This document shows positions 28,215-35,513 of a stretch of 64,000 bases of DNA, one piece after another; within the stretch, counting starts at the first letter, position 1; every line of letters begins with the position of its first letter. Position numbers and translations under genes: made by a program. Where the stretch lies: positions 1 through 64,000 of IMG/VR virus record IMGVR_UViG_3300042889_001272; one strand, given 5' to 3'. The notes under the pieces were generated by a model. It made no database searches and was not told where the DNA came from. It worked only from the letters and a program-made list of their open reading frames with translations.

Positions 28215-28437
28215 CATTCATATGTAAATATATTATAGGTTACCTACACCGTTAGGTACTTAAGGCGAGGACTGTGAGGCCGCTCACGCTCAATCTAAGT
28301 ATATGAAACAGGAGCGCAAGCTCTGGAGATGTGGCGGAAGATGTAGGAAGTAATGACCGTGCAGGCCCTTGACGGAGACGTTCCCCTGGGTAGACATAGA
28401 TGCACAATGGTTCCTATAGTATTTTTACATATGAATG
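28215..28437 (+). ncRNA. Candidate structured RNA (~220 nt)
   Basis: ~25-bp closing helix cattcatatgtaaatatattatagg / cctatagtatttttacatatgaatg. GNRA hairpins gagc-GCAA-gctc and acg-GAGA-cgt; inner helices cctaca/tgtagg and tactta/taagta. Confidence 0.65.
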
Positions 28438-28520
28438 CCCCGGTGGCGGAATGGTAGACGCGGTGGTCTTAGAAACCACTATCGAGAGGTGTAGGAGTTC
28501 GAGTCTCCTCTGGGGCACCA
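28437..28520 (+). tRNA. tRNA-Leu(TAG)
   Basis: gccccgg/ctggggc acceptor, ctTAGaa loop, variable arm, CCA. Confidence 0.9.
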
Positions 28521-28530
28521 TAATTTGAAG

Positions 28531-28615
28531 GTTAAAAAGGAGAGGCCATATCGCCTGGATACTTCCTTTGGTAACGAAGCACTAGGTCCTGCAACCTTGG
28601 CCTCTCCTTTTTAAC
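28531..28615 (+). ncRNA. Rod-like hairpin RNA candidate
   Basis: Perfect 18-bp helix gttaaaaaggagaggcca / tggcctctcctttttaac enclosing cctgg/ctagg and cttc/gaag stems. Confidence 0.55.
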
Positions 28616-28709
28616 TTACATTAAAGTGTGACTGCGAGATTTGAAAAAGTCTAAGGCCTGTTCTAGCTACAGGACATTAGTGTGAGTTGATATCATAAGT
28701 AAGTATATT

Positions 28710-28797
28710 GGAGCATTGGCCGACCGGTTAAGGCAACAGATTGCTAATCTGTCATTCAGCAATGGGTGAGTAGGTTCGATTCCTACATGCTCCGCCA
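28710..28797 (+). tRNA. tRNA-Ser(GCT)
   Basis: ttGCTaa loop, long variable arm, GCCA. Confidence 0.92.
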
Positions 28798-28812
28798 AAG
28801 TAAAAGGTTAAT

Positions 28813-28953
28813 ATGACAACTAGCGAAGTGATTGAAAAAGCCTATGGGAATATTCCCAAGGATGTCGGCATCAATTTCGACTTATCATGGATACCTACAC
28901 CACGTGGTGTTAAGTATTACTGGTTAGTTCTAGTAAGAAAATTTACAAGATAA
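28813..28953 (+). CDS. Small hypothetical protein (46 aa, MTTSEVIEKAYG...)
   Basis: SD-like aaaaggt; fills the gap between two tRNAs; below the ORF-track cutoff. Confidence 0.5.
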   Translation: MTTSEVIEKAYGNIPKDVGINFDLSWIPTPRGVKYYWLVLVRKFTR

Positions 28954-28956
28954 TTT

Positions 28957-29032
28957 GGGTTCTTAGCTCAGTTGGTAGAGCGTCTGCCTTACACGCAGAA
29001 TGTCGTCAGTTCGACCCTGGCAGAACCCACCA
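28957..29032 (+). tRNA. tRNA-Val(TAC)
   Basis: gggttct/agaaccc acceptor, ctTACac loop, CCA. Confidence 0.92.
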
Positions 29033-29038
29033 AATTAT

Positions 29039-29114
29039 TCCTCAGTAGCTCAGTTGGTAGAGTAGCGGACTGTTAATCCGTTGGTCGCTGGATCGTGCCC
29101 AGCCTGAGGAGCCA
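29039..29114 (+). tRNA. tRNA-Asn(GTT)
   Basis: tcctcag/ctgagga acceptor, ctGTTaa loop, atypical T-loop ATCGTGC. Confidence 0.88.
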
Positions 29115-29126
29115 AGTTTTTATAAT

Positions 29127-29202
29127 GGGGGTGTAGCTCAGTTGGGAGAGCGGTTGCTTTGCAAGCAATAGGTCGCAGGTTCGATCCCTGTCTCCTCCAC
29201 CA
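29127..29202 (+). tRNA. tRNA-Ala(TGC)
   Basis: G3:U70, ttTGCaa loop, CCA. Confidence 0.92.
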
Positions 29203-29208
29203 TTTTTC

Positions 29209-29283
29209 GGAGCGTTCGTCTATCGGTTAGGACACTGGCCTTTCACGTCGGTAAGAGGAGTTCGATTCTCCTACGCTCTACCA
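29209..29283 (+). tRNA. tRNA-Glu(TTC), second copy
   Basis: ctTTCac loop, CCA. Confidence 0.9.
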
Positions 29284-29304
29284 AACACGCCAAGTATCGT
29301 TGGC

Positions 29305-29533
29305 TACTCTGACCCAGAGGATGAAGTACAGTGATGTGTACGGGTGGTTCGAGCAAGGGCCTGCCCCAGCAATGAGGATGGTAAATCTGCTCCGGCGCAA
29401 GCCGCAGTTAAACCGAACTGGCGTTAGCAATACGAGAACGGTCCCTGTCGGGAAGCGGGTGGAAGGTACGTGTGATGGGTATGATAGCGTCATATCTTGA
29501 TGTACTACAATTACCGCCGGGGGATGCAGAGCA
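29305..29533 (+). ncRNA. Candidate structured RNA (~230 nt)
   Basis: GC-rich non-coding stretch after a tRNA. Helices ctccggcg/cgccgggg, gtaca/tgtac, cagtt/aactg, gggtatga/tcatatct and ctctg/cagag. Confidence 0.55.
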
Positions 29534-29542
29534 TCTACATAA

Positions 29543-29571
29543 TTGACACAAAACAAGTTCTATAGTATACT
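29543..29571 (+). promoter_or_regulatory. Sigma70-type promoter
   Basis: TTGACA-17-TATACT, with SD aaggag before 29596. Confidence 0.75.
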
Positions 29572-29595
29572 ACAATCTTAGTACAAGGAGACACA

Positions 29596-30759
29596 ATGTC
29601 CAAAAGAGAGATAACTGTAGAAAAGTTTAAAAACAAATTTACAGACGTCATCCGCCATTCCAAAATGGAAGTGGTGGACATCGTCATTGCCTTAGAGAAA
29701 ATGGATCCTACAAAGAACTTGCAGTATGTTCCTTGGCTGGCCAAACAACTAATAAACGAGCAGTTTAAATTTGAAGATACAAAAAGAGTTAAAACTATAT
29801 TAGAACACTTTGAAACTCTAAAACCTCGTTTGGCTAAGCGAGACATTAACCAGTTTAGTTTTTATGAACTAGACGATACTATTGAACAAGTTCTTAATCC
29901 TAAAATTGGAATTAAGGAAGCTAAAAAACAAGAAGGAACCTTTCCTGTTGTTGCAGACAGCGACGTACTATACAATGGTCCTTTTGGACAGTTAGCTATT
30001 CCTAAAACAGCCCTGGCCTCTAAAGAATTGGGTTTGGGCACCAAATGGTGCACCACTGAACCGGGTGCATTTAAACAGTACAATAGAGATGGTCCTTTGT
30101 ATATATGGAGAGACCGTAGTGGTGACAAGTTTCAATTCCATATTACAACTAAAACTCCTAGCAAAGTACGTTTGGTAGATGCACAGGATCGTTATGTTAA
30201 GGCTCCGGAGGCCAAACAGTTTAAAGAGCATCCTGTAATTGGTCAGATTATAAAAGAGCAAGATAAAATTTATCGTCAGTACTTAGTTGATGAGAAAAAA
30301 GATCAAGAAGAGAAATGGCGAGCCCAGGAAGAACGCAACAAGACACAACGGCAAAGACAACACGAACAAGACAGGATACACGACCTTCACAAATTTATTT
30401 TAGACGAGTACGGTATAAATGTTAAACACATTAAAAAGGCCAAGTCCTATCCTGGTGGATTGGAAGGCTTTTGTAAAGACGTTCTGGATGAGAACTGGGA
30501 CAAAATTAAACCGCAAATGGCATTGGGCCCACGTAGTAGTTTAGAATTTGCTATACTAGTTATTAAAGGTAGATGGATAGAACAAGAACCTCTTATTGCT
30601 AAACACGCAGTAAGTTGGACAATGTACAGTAGAGAGATCCTGGGCACTAACAATATGACAAAAGAAGGTCGTACGCAACGAGATAAGATGCGTAGGGAAG
30701 TGCTAAAGACTATTGGTCTTAAACTTACAGCTAAAATGAAAAAGCTACCACAATGGTGA
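29596..30759 (+). CDS. Hypothetical phage protein (GTKWCT motif)
   Basis: 387-aa ORF with promoter and SD. Confidence 0.75.
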   Translation: MSKREITVEKFKNKFTDVIRHSKMEVVDIVIALEKMDPTKNLQYVPWLAKQLINEQFKFEDTKRVKTILEHFETLKPRLAKRDINQFSFYELDDTIEQVLNPKIGIKEAKKQEGTFPVVADSDVLYNGPFGQLAIPKTALASKELGLGTKWCTTEPGAFKQYNRDGPLYIWRDRSGDKFQFHITTKTPSKVRLVDAQDRYVKAPEAKQFKEHPVIGQIIKEQDKIYRQYLVDEKKDQEEKWRAQEERNKTQRQRQHEQDRIHDLHKFILDEYGINVKHIKKAKSYPGGLEGFCKDVLDENWDKIKPQMALGPRSSLEFAILVIKGRWIEQEPLIAKHAVSWTMYSREILGTNNMTKEGRTQRDKMRREVLKTIGLKLTAKMKKLPQW

Positions 30760-30763
30760 TATA

Positions 30764-31711
30764 ATGGCAACAAAGAAAACACAAACACAAACTAAGATAG
30801 ACTTAGACCTTAATGATATATTTAAGGATAAGAAAGCTCAGCCAATTACTAAACACGTTGATGACAAGCCCAAGGACAAGCGCAAACAGGCCAAGCCTAA
30901 AGTTGTAAACATTAAAAAATCTAGCATTGCTAACACTTTAAAAGCCACAAGTAGCATTAAGCCTACTAAAGCTATGGAGGATATGCTAGGTAAGATGATA
31001 GACATTAAGCTGGATGACGACTTACCATCCTATGAGGAATCTCTGGGCTTAGAAAAAGGCACTAAGGTCAATACAACTATAATTAATAAGACAACCGTTG
31101 ACATAGAGATCAAGTTAGATACAAAGTCAAAGCAAAAGTTTGAGTCCGAGGAAGAAGAAGGCGAGATACCCGTACCTGGAGAGATTCCAGATAAACTGTT
31201 TCCTAAACCAGAAGATGAAGAGGAAGAAGAGGACTTACTTAAACCTGAGATGTTGCCAGCAGTTATAGTAACAACATTGGCAACAACAGCACAGAACGCA
31301 CTACGCAAAGCAGGATACTTGGTACCAGCCTTCCATCAAGTAGCGGCGCTGCCAGGTAACATACAAGACCAAATTAGGCAGCTAGGACGTAGCTTGTTTA
31401 AGTCTATGACAATTACACCTACAAATAAAATCTTTGTAGTGGCTAACTTAGGTGGTATGGGACCTAATACTAATAGGGAAGTACAAAGTGTGGCAAATTG
31501 GATTAGAGACTGTGGTGATGATTTTGGAGATGGTTCCATAGACTTTGACAGGTCTATCCCAGGCTATGAGGCAGAAACGTATATGTATACAGCCGCAGGC
31601 ATTGCTTGGTTACTGGTAAGAGATTTTGCAGGCATATACATTTATGCTTGGCCAGAGAATGACAGCTTGTTTAAAATTGAGACTAACAAGTTATTAGAGA
31701 AGTGTGCATAA
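30764..31711 (+). CDS. Hypothetical phage protein (Lys-rich N-terminus, acidic linker)
   Basis: 315-aa ORF in the same operon. Confidence 0.7.
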   Translation: MATKKTQTQTKIDLDLNDIFKDKKAQPITKHVDDKPKDKRKQAKPKVVNIKKSSIANTLKATSSIKPTKAMEDMLGKMIDIKLDDDLPSYEESLGLEKGTKVNTTIINKTTVDIEIKLDTKSKQKFESEEEEGEIPVPGEIPDKLFPKPEDEEEEEDLLKPEMLPAVIVTTLATTAQNALRKAGYLVPAFHQVAALPGNIQDQIRQLGRSLFKSMTITPTNKIFVVANLGGMGPNTNREVQSVANWIRDCGDDFGDGSIDFDRSIPGYEAETYMYTAAGIAWLLVRDFAGIYIYAWPENDSLFKIETNKLLEKCA

Positions 31712-31721
31712 TTTAGATTTT

Positions 31722-31806
31722 GGAGGTGCCGCCGTAATGGTATGGCAGCGGACTGTAACTCCGCCGACTTCGGTCATAACAGGTTCGATCCCTGTCACCT
31801 CCACCA
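31722..31806 (+). tRNA. tRNA-Tyr(GTA)
   Basis: ggaggtg/cacctcc acceptor, ctGTAac loop, variable arm, CCA. Confidence 0.88.
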
Positions 31807-31822
31807 TTTGGTAAACCACAAG

Positions 31823-31851
31823 TTGACAGCTTGTGCGAGTTTTGTTATAAT
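31823..31851 (+). promoter_or_regulatory. Sigma70-type promoter
   Basis: TTGACA-17-TATAAT just before tRNA-Asp. Confidence 0.8.
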
Positions 31852-31860
31852 AAGTTTAAA

Positions 31861-31936
31861 GCACCGTTAACTCAGTTGGTAGAGTACCCGACTGTCTATT
31901 GGGAGGTCAGGGGTTCGAGTCCCCTACGGTGCGCCA
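31861..31936 (+). tRNA. tRNA-Asp(GTC)
   Basis: gcaccgt/acggtgc acceptor, ctGTCta loop (U37), GCCA. Confidence 0.88.
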
Positions 31937-31970
31937 AGTTTGGTAGTAGTCTTCCAAGATAACTACCCGG

Positions 31971-32205
31971 AGGAAAGAAAGAGATGAGAACTAACACCGT
32001 TATCGCTTCATGCGATACCGAACAAATTACTGGCTGGCGCCTTGAAAACGCCTCGTGCTTGTGTGCTCCAACCCTCGGGATGTGACAGAATTGTGTCTTG
32101 CTCCTGGATATACACAGGTCTCTGTGCCTTGTGCATTGTGACTTGTCAGGATTTTAGTTAAAGCTAATCCGCATGTTATTTGTCCAGTTGGTTACTTTCT
32201 TTCTT
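31971..32205 (+). ncRNA. Candidate structured RNA with 7-nt UUGUG-type repeats
   Basis: Closing helix aggaaagaaag/ctttctttctt. Hairpins tatcgc/gcgata, ggcg/cgcc, ggatt.ag/ctaatcc. Repeats ctctgtg-ccttgtg-cattgtg-acttgtc at 32120-32147. Confidence 0.55.
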
Positions 32206-32232
32206 GACTCTGTTTTTATTTTGTTGTATAAT
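32204..32232 (+). promoter_or_regulatory. Sigma70-type promoter
   Basis: TTGACT-17-TATAAT, with SD aaagga before 32249. Confidence 0.7.
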
Positions 32233-32248
32233 TATTTAAAGGAAATAT

Positions 32249-32818
32249 ATGAATATCAGTCTACGTAAAGCCAGTGTATTGCAGAACAGCATCAATGATG
32301 CTGTCAAAGGCATTGACCTCAAAGGTCAAGTTACACTAACAGAATTCCATGCTCCGATCATGGAAATTGACAAGGCCACAACTGTGTTTAAAACTAATTT
32401 GAATCGTCGCGATTCTTTGGTTAAAGCACTGTATGACATCCGTAAGCAAGTCAGTGCAGTTAACAGTCGTGTGGGCATAGATGACAAACTCACAGAGATT
32501 GCTGGTCTTGAAAAGCAAATTCAGAACTATACAGAGTTGTCTGGCTTTGCAGTTCGCGAACAAGAAGCAGTTGTGCTGGGCAAGTTGGATAAGATTAAAA
32601 ATCGTAAAGAAGAAGGTCGCAGTATCTATGGTTACGAAAGCACAGTAGCCACTAGTGTGTTCACAGAAGAAGACATCAAGGGCTTTAAAGTTTTTGTAAA
32701 TCTAGCCAAGAAAGCCAAACAACGTCTTCAAGACGAAGTTCTAGAATTGAATGTGCGTACTGACATCGGTCTAAGTGTAGACACAGTTCAAACATTGAAG
32801 TCAGAAGAATTATTATAA
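32249..32818 (+). CDS. Coiled-coil protein, DIP1984-family-like
   Basis: N-terminal MNISLRKA..LQ, helical hairpins with ...AVN... and LQDEVLELNVRTDI endings, resembling the DIP1984-family layout. Confidence 0.5.
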   Translation: MNISLRKASVLQNSINDAVKGIDLKGQVTLTEFHAPIMEIDKATTVFKTNLNRRDSLVKALYDIRKQVSAVNSRVGIDDKLTEIAGLEKQIQNYTELSGFAVREQEAVVLGKLDKIKNRKEEGRSIYGYESTVATSVFTEEDIKGFKVFVNLAKKAKQRLQDEVLELNVRTDIGLSVDTVQTLKSEELL

Positions 32819-33346
32819 GTATTGTTTGAACATTTCAATTGATTCTGCCATAGTTAATCTAGTATTATCTTGTTTTTTTAATACTAAACTTAGGCAGTAT
32901 CTAGGTTCTTCAAAATTATGTATGTTATGAGGAATACCAACTTGAACTATACTAGGAAAATTTACTGGCTGTTTATCGATTAAGTCAACTTGGTCTATCT
33001 TGTAATCAATATAAGAACTATTGAGTGCGTTGAGTTCTGCACTATTCGATATATTAGGTTTTTGTTTCCACCAATACATTAAACTGTTTTTGCCGCCGAA
33101 TACATAATTGAGTTTGATATAATCTCCGCCTGTGTCATCGAGATGTATTGTACTAAAACGAAAAGGAAGATTGTAAAATAATTCTACTCGGCCAATGGTT
33201 AGATTTAAAGTTTTTAAAAATAAAATTAAATCATTGTTAATATCGTCAATTGATATTTTAATATGATTGTGTGTGCCATATGAGTTTATATTTAAATCTT
33301 CTCTCAGAGGATTTATGTCTAGATTTATATTAAGACTGTTAATCAT
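32813..33346 (-). CDS. Fe(II)/2OG-dioxygenase-like protein
   Basis: IHLD..GGDYIKLNY...GIPHNI...R. Start moved to ATG 33346, which avoids the tRNA and sits 5 nt from ATAAATA. Confidence 0.7.
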   Translation of the reverse strand: MINSLNINLDINPLREDLNINSYGTHNHIKISIDDINNDLILFLKTLNLTIGRVELFYNLPFRFSTIHLDDTGGDYIKLNYVFGGKNSLMYWWKQKPNISNSAELNALNSSYIDYKIDQVDLIDKQPVNFPSIVQVGIPHNIHNFEEPRYCLSLVLKKQDNTRLTMAESIEMFKQYL

Positions 33347-33358
33347 AAATATATTTAT

Positions 33359-33434
33359 CGCGGGGTACGTCAGTTGGTAGACTATCAGGCTCATAACCTG
33401 GAAGACGGAGGTTCGAGTCCTTCCCCCGCAACCA
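33359..33434 (+). tRNA. Initiator-type tRNA-Met(CAT)
   Basis: cgcgggg/ccccgca with C1:A72 mismatch, ctCATaa loop, ACCA. Confidence 0.88.
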
Positions 33435-33448
33435 ATTATAAACTGTGA

Positions 33449-33600
33449 ATGTAATCTAAAGCAGAATCTAAGTTAGTAAAGTACAGCATTTCAAAGTCAT
33501 TGCTAAAAATATCTTTGACAATGATATAGCAGATACCTTGCTTGCTTAGACTTACATGAAAATGTAGGCCTGCTTCGGTGACAATGTCATAGGATTGCAT
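33449..33600 (+). ncRNA. Candidate structured RNA
   Basis: Helices atgtaatct/ggattgcat, aagcag/ctgctt, tctaag/cttaga, ttacat-GAAA-atgtag. Confidence 0.45.
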
Positions 33601-33620
33601 AGTAGTATTTAATAGAAAAC

Positions 33621-33815
33621 CCGGTTACACTTTGACGTCTAAAGTGGGTAGGGCAGTTACCATAAAGAGTGCTAGGTATGTAGTGCTATGACCATCCGTG
33701 CTCTGTGAAGGAGTGGCGGGAACGCATTAGGTAAGGTATAACACCTGCCCAAAAGAACAAATGTTATGGACAGAGTAACAGCTCAGTCCGGGGCCTATGT
33801 GGTGTAGGTAGCCGG
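33621..33815 (+). ncRNA. Candidate structured RNA (~195 nt)
   Basis: Closing helix ccggttac/gtagccgg; inner cacttt/aaagtg, gggcag/ctgccc, ggac.gagt/gctc.gtcc, cctat/gtagg. Confidence 0.55.
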
Positions 33816-33817
33816 AC

Positions 33818-33949
33818 ACTTTATACGTGCTTTCTGTAGTAGCTACAATGGAACACCGAAATACTTGTCAATGTCGACCATGTACAAGGACCGGCCATGA
33901 AGAGCAGGGCTACCGTGGATTCAAGCGCCGCAGAGAGCACCTATAAAGT
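33818..33949 (+). ncRNA. Candidate structured RNA (~130 nt)
   Basis: Closing helix actttata.gtgctttctg / cagagagcac.tataaagt; inner gtagct/ggctac, atgg/ccat, cttgt/acaag. Confidence 0.5.
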
Positions 33950-33951
33950 CA

Positions 33952-34025
33952 GCGGGATTAGTTTAATGGTAAAACAGCAGATTTCCAATCTTCGGTCAAG
34001 AGTTCGATTCTCTTATCCCGCTCCA
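33952..34025 (+). tRNA. tRNA-Gly(TCC)
   Basis: gcgggat/atcccgc acceptor, ttTCCaa loop, U73 CCA. Confidence 0.88.
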
Positions 34026-34044
34026 ATTTATTAAAGGATTCATC

Positions 34045-34224
34045 ATGGCACATGAAGCAGGCAAAGGTTCAACTCCTAGACCATTTAGTATTGCACAGGA
34101 AGAGTACAATTCTAGATGGGACGCTATATTTGGTCGAGATTCGAAAAAAGAAAAACAAGAAGACGCATTGTCCACCGACAATCGTTTAGATTCTAAATAC
34201 GATAAACCTAAAGAAGAAAATTAA
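34045..34224 (+). CDS. Small phage protein (MAHEAGKGSTPRP...WDAIF)
   Basis: SD aaagga, 59 aa, directly upstream of the next ORF. Confidence 0.6.
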   Translation: MAHEAGKGSTPRPFSIAQEEYNSRWDAIFGRDSKKEKQEDALSTDNRLDSKYDKPKEEN

Positions 34225-34225
34225 A

Positions 34226-34678
34226 ATGTTACATTTAATTCAAAATCTCAGTGATAAATTTGTCGACTTGATTAGTCAAGATCCGGTGCGTCCGCACATT
34301 CCCCGGACTGAACGTGTTGGTGCAAACAAAGACATTTTTGTAACTAGAGACGAGAATGACAATGTACAAGCAATTACCTGTGTCAGTTATCAATTAACTG
34401 TGCCTTGTTCTGAATCTGAATTATTCGAAACCTGCAATGAGCCCCAAGTTGCTGTATTTTATACTATTTGGAGTTATGCCCCAGGCGCAGGAAAAAAGTT
34501 AATCTTTAACGCAGTAAAACATATCAAAGAAAATCAAAAAACAATTAACAGATTCGTAACACTGAGTCCGAAAACTGACATGGCTAGAAAATTCCATATT
34601 AAAAATGGAGCCGTGGTTTTTAGAGACAACGAAGAATCTGTTAACTACGAATACTTAAACAACGAAGTCGAAGGTTAA
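34226..34678 (+). CDS. GNAT-like phage protein
   Basis: AVFYTIWSY.PGAGKKLI, TLSP.T..A.KFH.KNG (motif A/B-like). Confidence 0.55.
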   Translation: MLHLIQNLSDKFVDLISQDPVRPHIPRTERVGANKDIFVTRDENDNVQAITCVSYQLTVPCSESELFETCNEPQVAVFYTIWSYAPGAGKKLIFNAVKHIKENQKTINRFVTLSPKTDMARKFHIKNGAVVFRDNEESVNYEYLNNEVEG

Positions 34679-34689
34679 GTAAATATATT

Positions 34690-35397
34690 ATGACATTCGA
34701 TACCAATGTACCCGGTTGGATGACATCATCAGATCTAGCCGTATTGCACAAGCTAGCAGGATTAGTTCCAAAATCTGGATCTATTATTGAAGTAGGATGC
34801 TTCTTGGGTAGATCAACTGATGCATTTTTCAATGGCAAGGATTCATCTGTTAAAATGACAGTGGTGGATTCGTTTCAGGTACATGGTGGATATGAAACTC
34901 ATCGTAATATATTTGCTAAAAAAGTTAATGAAAAAGGACAAGAATATATCGATGCATTTGGCAGTCAAGAACTTTATGATGCAGCCAAAGAATTAGCAAA
35001 TTCAACTGGAGATTGGTTAGCAGGATTTAAATATTGTGTGGGTCAAGATCTATTAGATGATATTAATTTACACAAATCTTATTTTAAAGATTTTAATCTA
35101 GATCCCAAGGGATATGATTTGGCATTTATCGATGCATCACATAAATTTGAAGATGTATTATTTGATATTTCAAAATTCATTACTAATCAAAAGACTTTAA
35201 TAGTCGGAGATGATTTTACTTGGGCACAACCCGGTGTTGCTAGGGCCTTAACAGAAGTAAGACGCGGTGATATAAATGGCAGATCAACAAAAAGGTTATT
35301 AATTGTACCTGAATGTAGTAAAATATGGATGTTAGTTCCAGTCGAAGGATACTGGAAAGAGCAGTTTAGAAAAAAAGATAGTTTCTTCTTCGAGTAA
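34690..35397 (+). CDS. Class I SAM-dependent methyltransferase (Methyltransf_24-like)
   Basis: PGWM, IEVGCFLGRST, VD.F, DLAFIDASH, GDDF...PGV. Confidence 0.85.
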   Translation: MTFDTNVPGWMTSSDLAVLHKLAGLVPKSGSIIEVGCFLGRSTDAFFNGKDSSVKMTVVDSFQVHGGYETHRNIFAKKVNEKGQEYIDAFGSQELYDAAKELANSTGDWLAGFKYCVGQDLLDDINLHKSYFKDFNLDPKGYDLAFIDASHKFEDVLFDISKFITNQKTLIVGDDFTWAQPGVARALTEVRRGDINGRSTKRLLIVPECSKIWMLVPVEGYWKEQFRKKDSFFFE

Positions 35398-35406
35398 ATA
35401 TAATGT

Positions 35407-35483
35407 CGGAGTGTAGCGCAGTCTGGTAGCGCACCTGGTTTGGGACCAGGGGGTCCAAGGTTCGAATCCTTGTACTCCGACCA
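35407..35483 (+). tRNA. tRNA-Pro(TGG)
   Basis: cggagtg/tactccg acceptor, ttTGGga loop, ACCA. Confidence 0.93.
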
Positions 35484-35513
35484 AGTTTAAGAGCAATTTA
35501 AATAAATATCGTT

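Noticed and set aside
28614-28687. Possible hammerhead or HDV-like (theta) ribozyme after a tRNA
   Set aside because: No CUGANGA/GAAA core in the right register and no clear nested double pseudoknot visible by eye.
29305-29533. Resemblance to RNase P RNA (ggtaaa...gcaag) or a ZTP riboswitch (actggcg...ggtgg...ccgggg)
   Set aside because: The universal RNase P P4 elements (GAGGAAAGUCC, ACAGAA.CCGGC) and the ZTP 3' CGCCUGGG element are absent, so I left it unassigned.
29278-29556. ORFs 29278-29556 and 29300-29500
   Set aside because: No SD or protein motifs; the region is better explained as structured RNA.
33347-33394. N-terminal extension of ORF 32813-33394
   Set aside because: It overlaps the initiator tRNA; ATG at 33346 fits the TAAATA rule.
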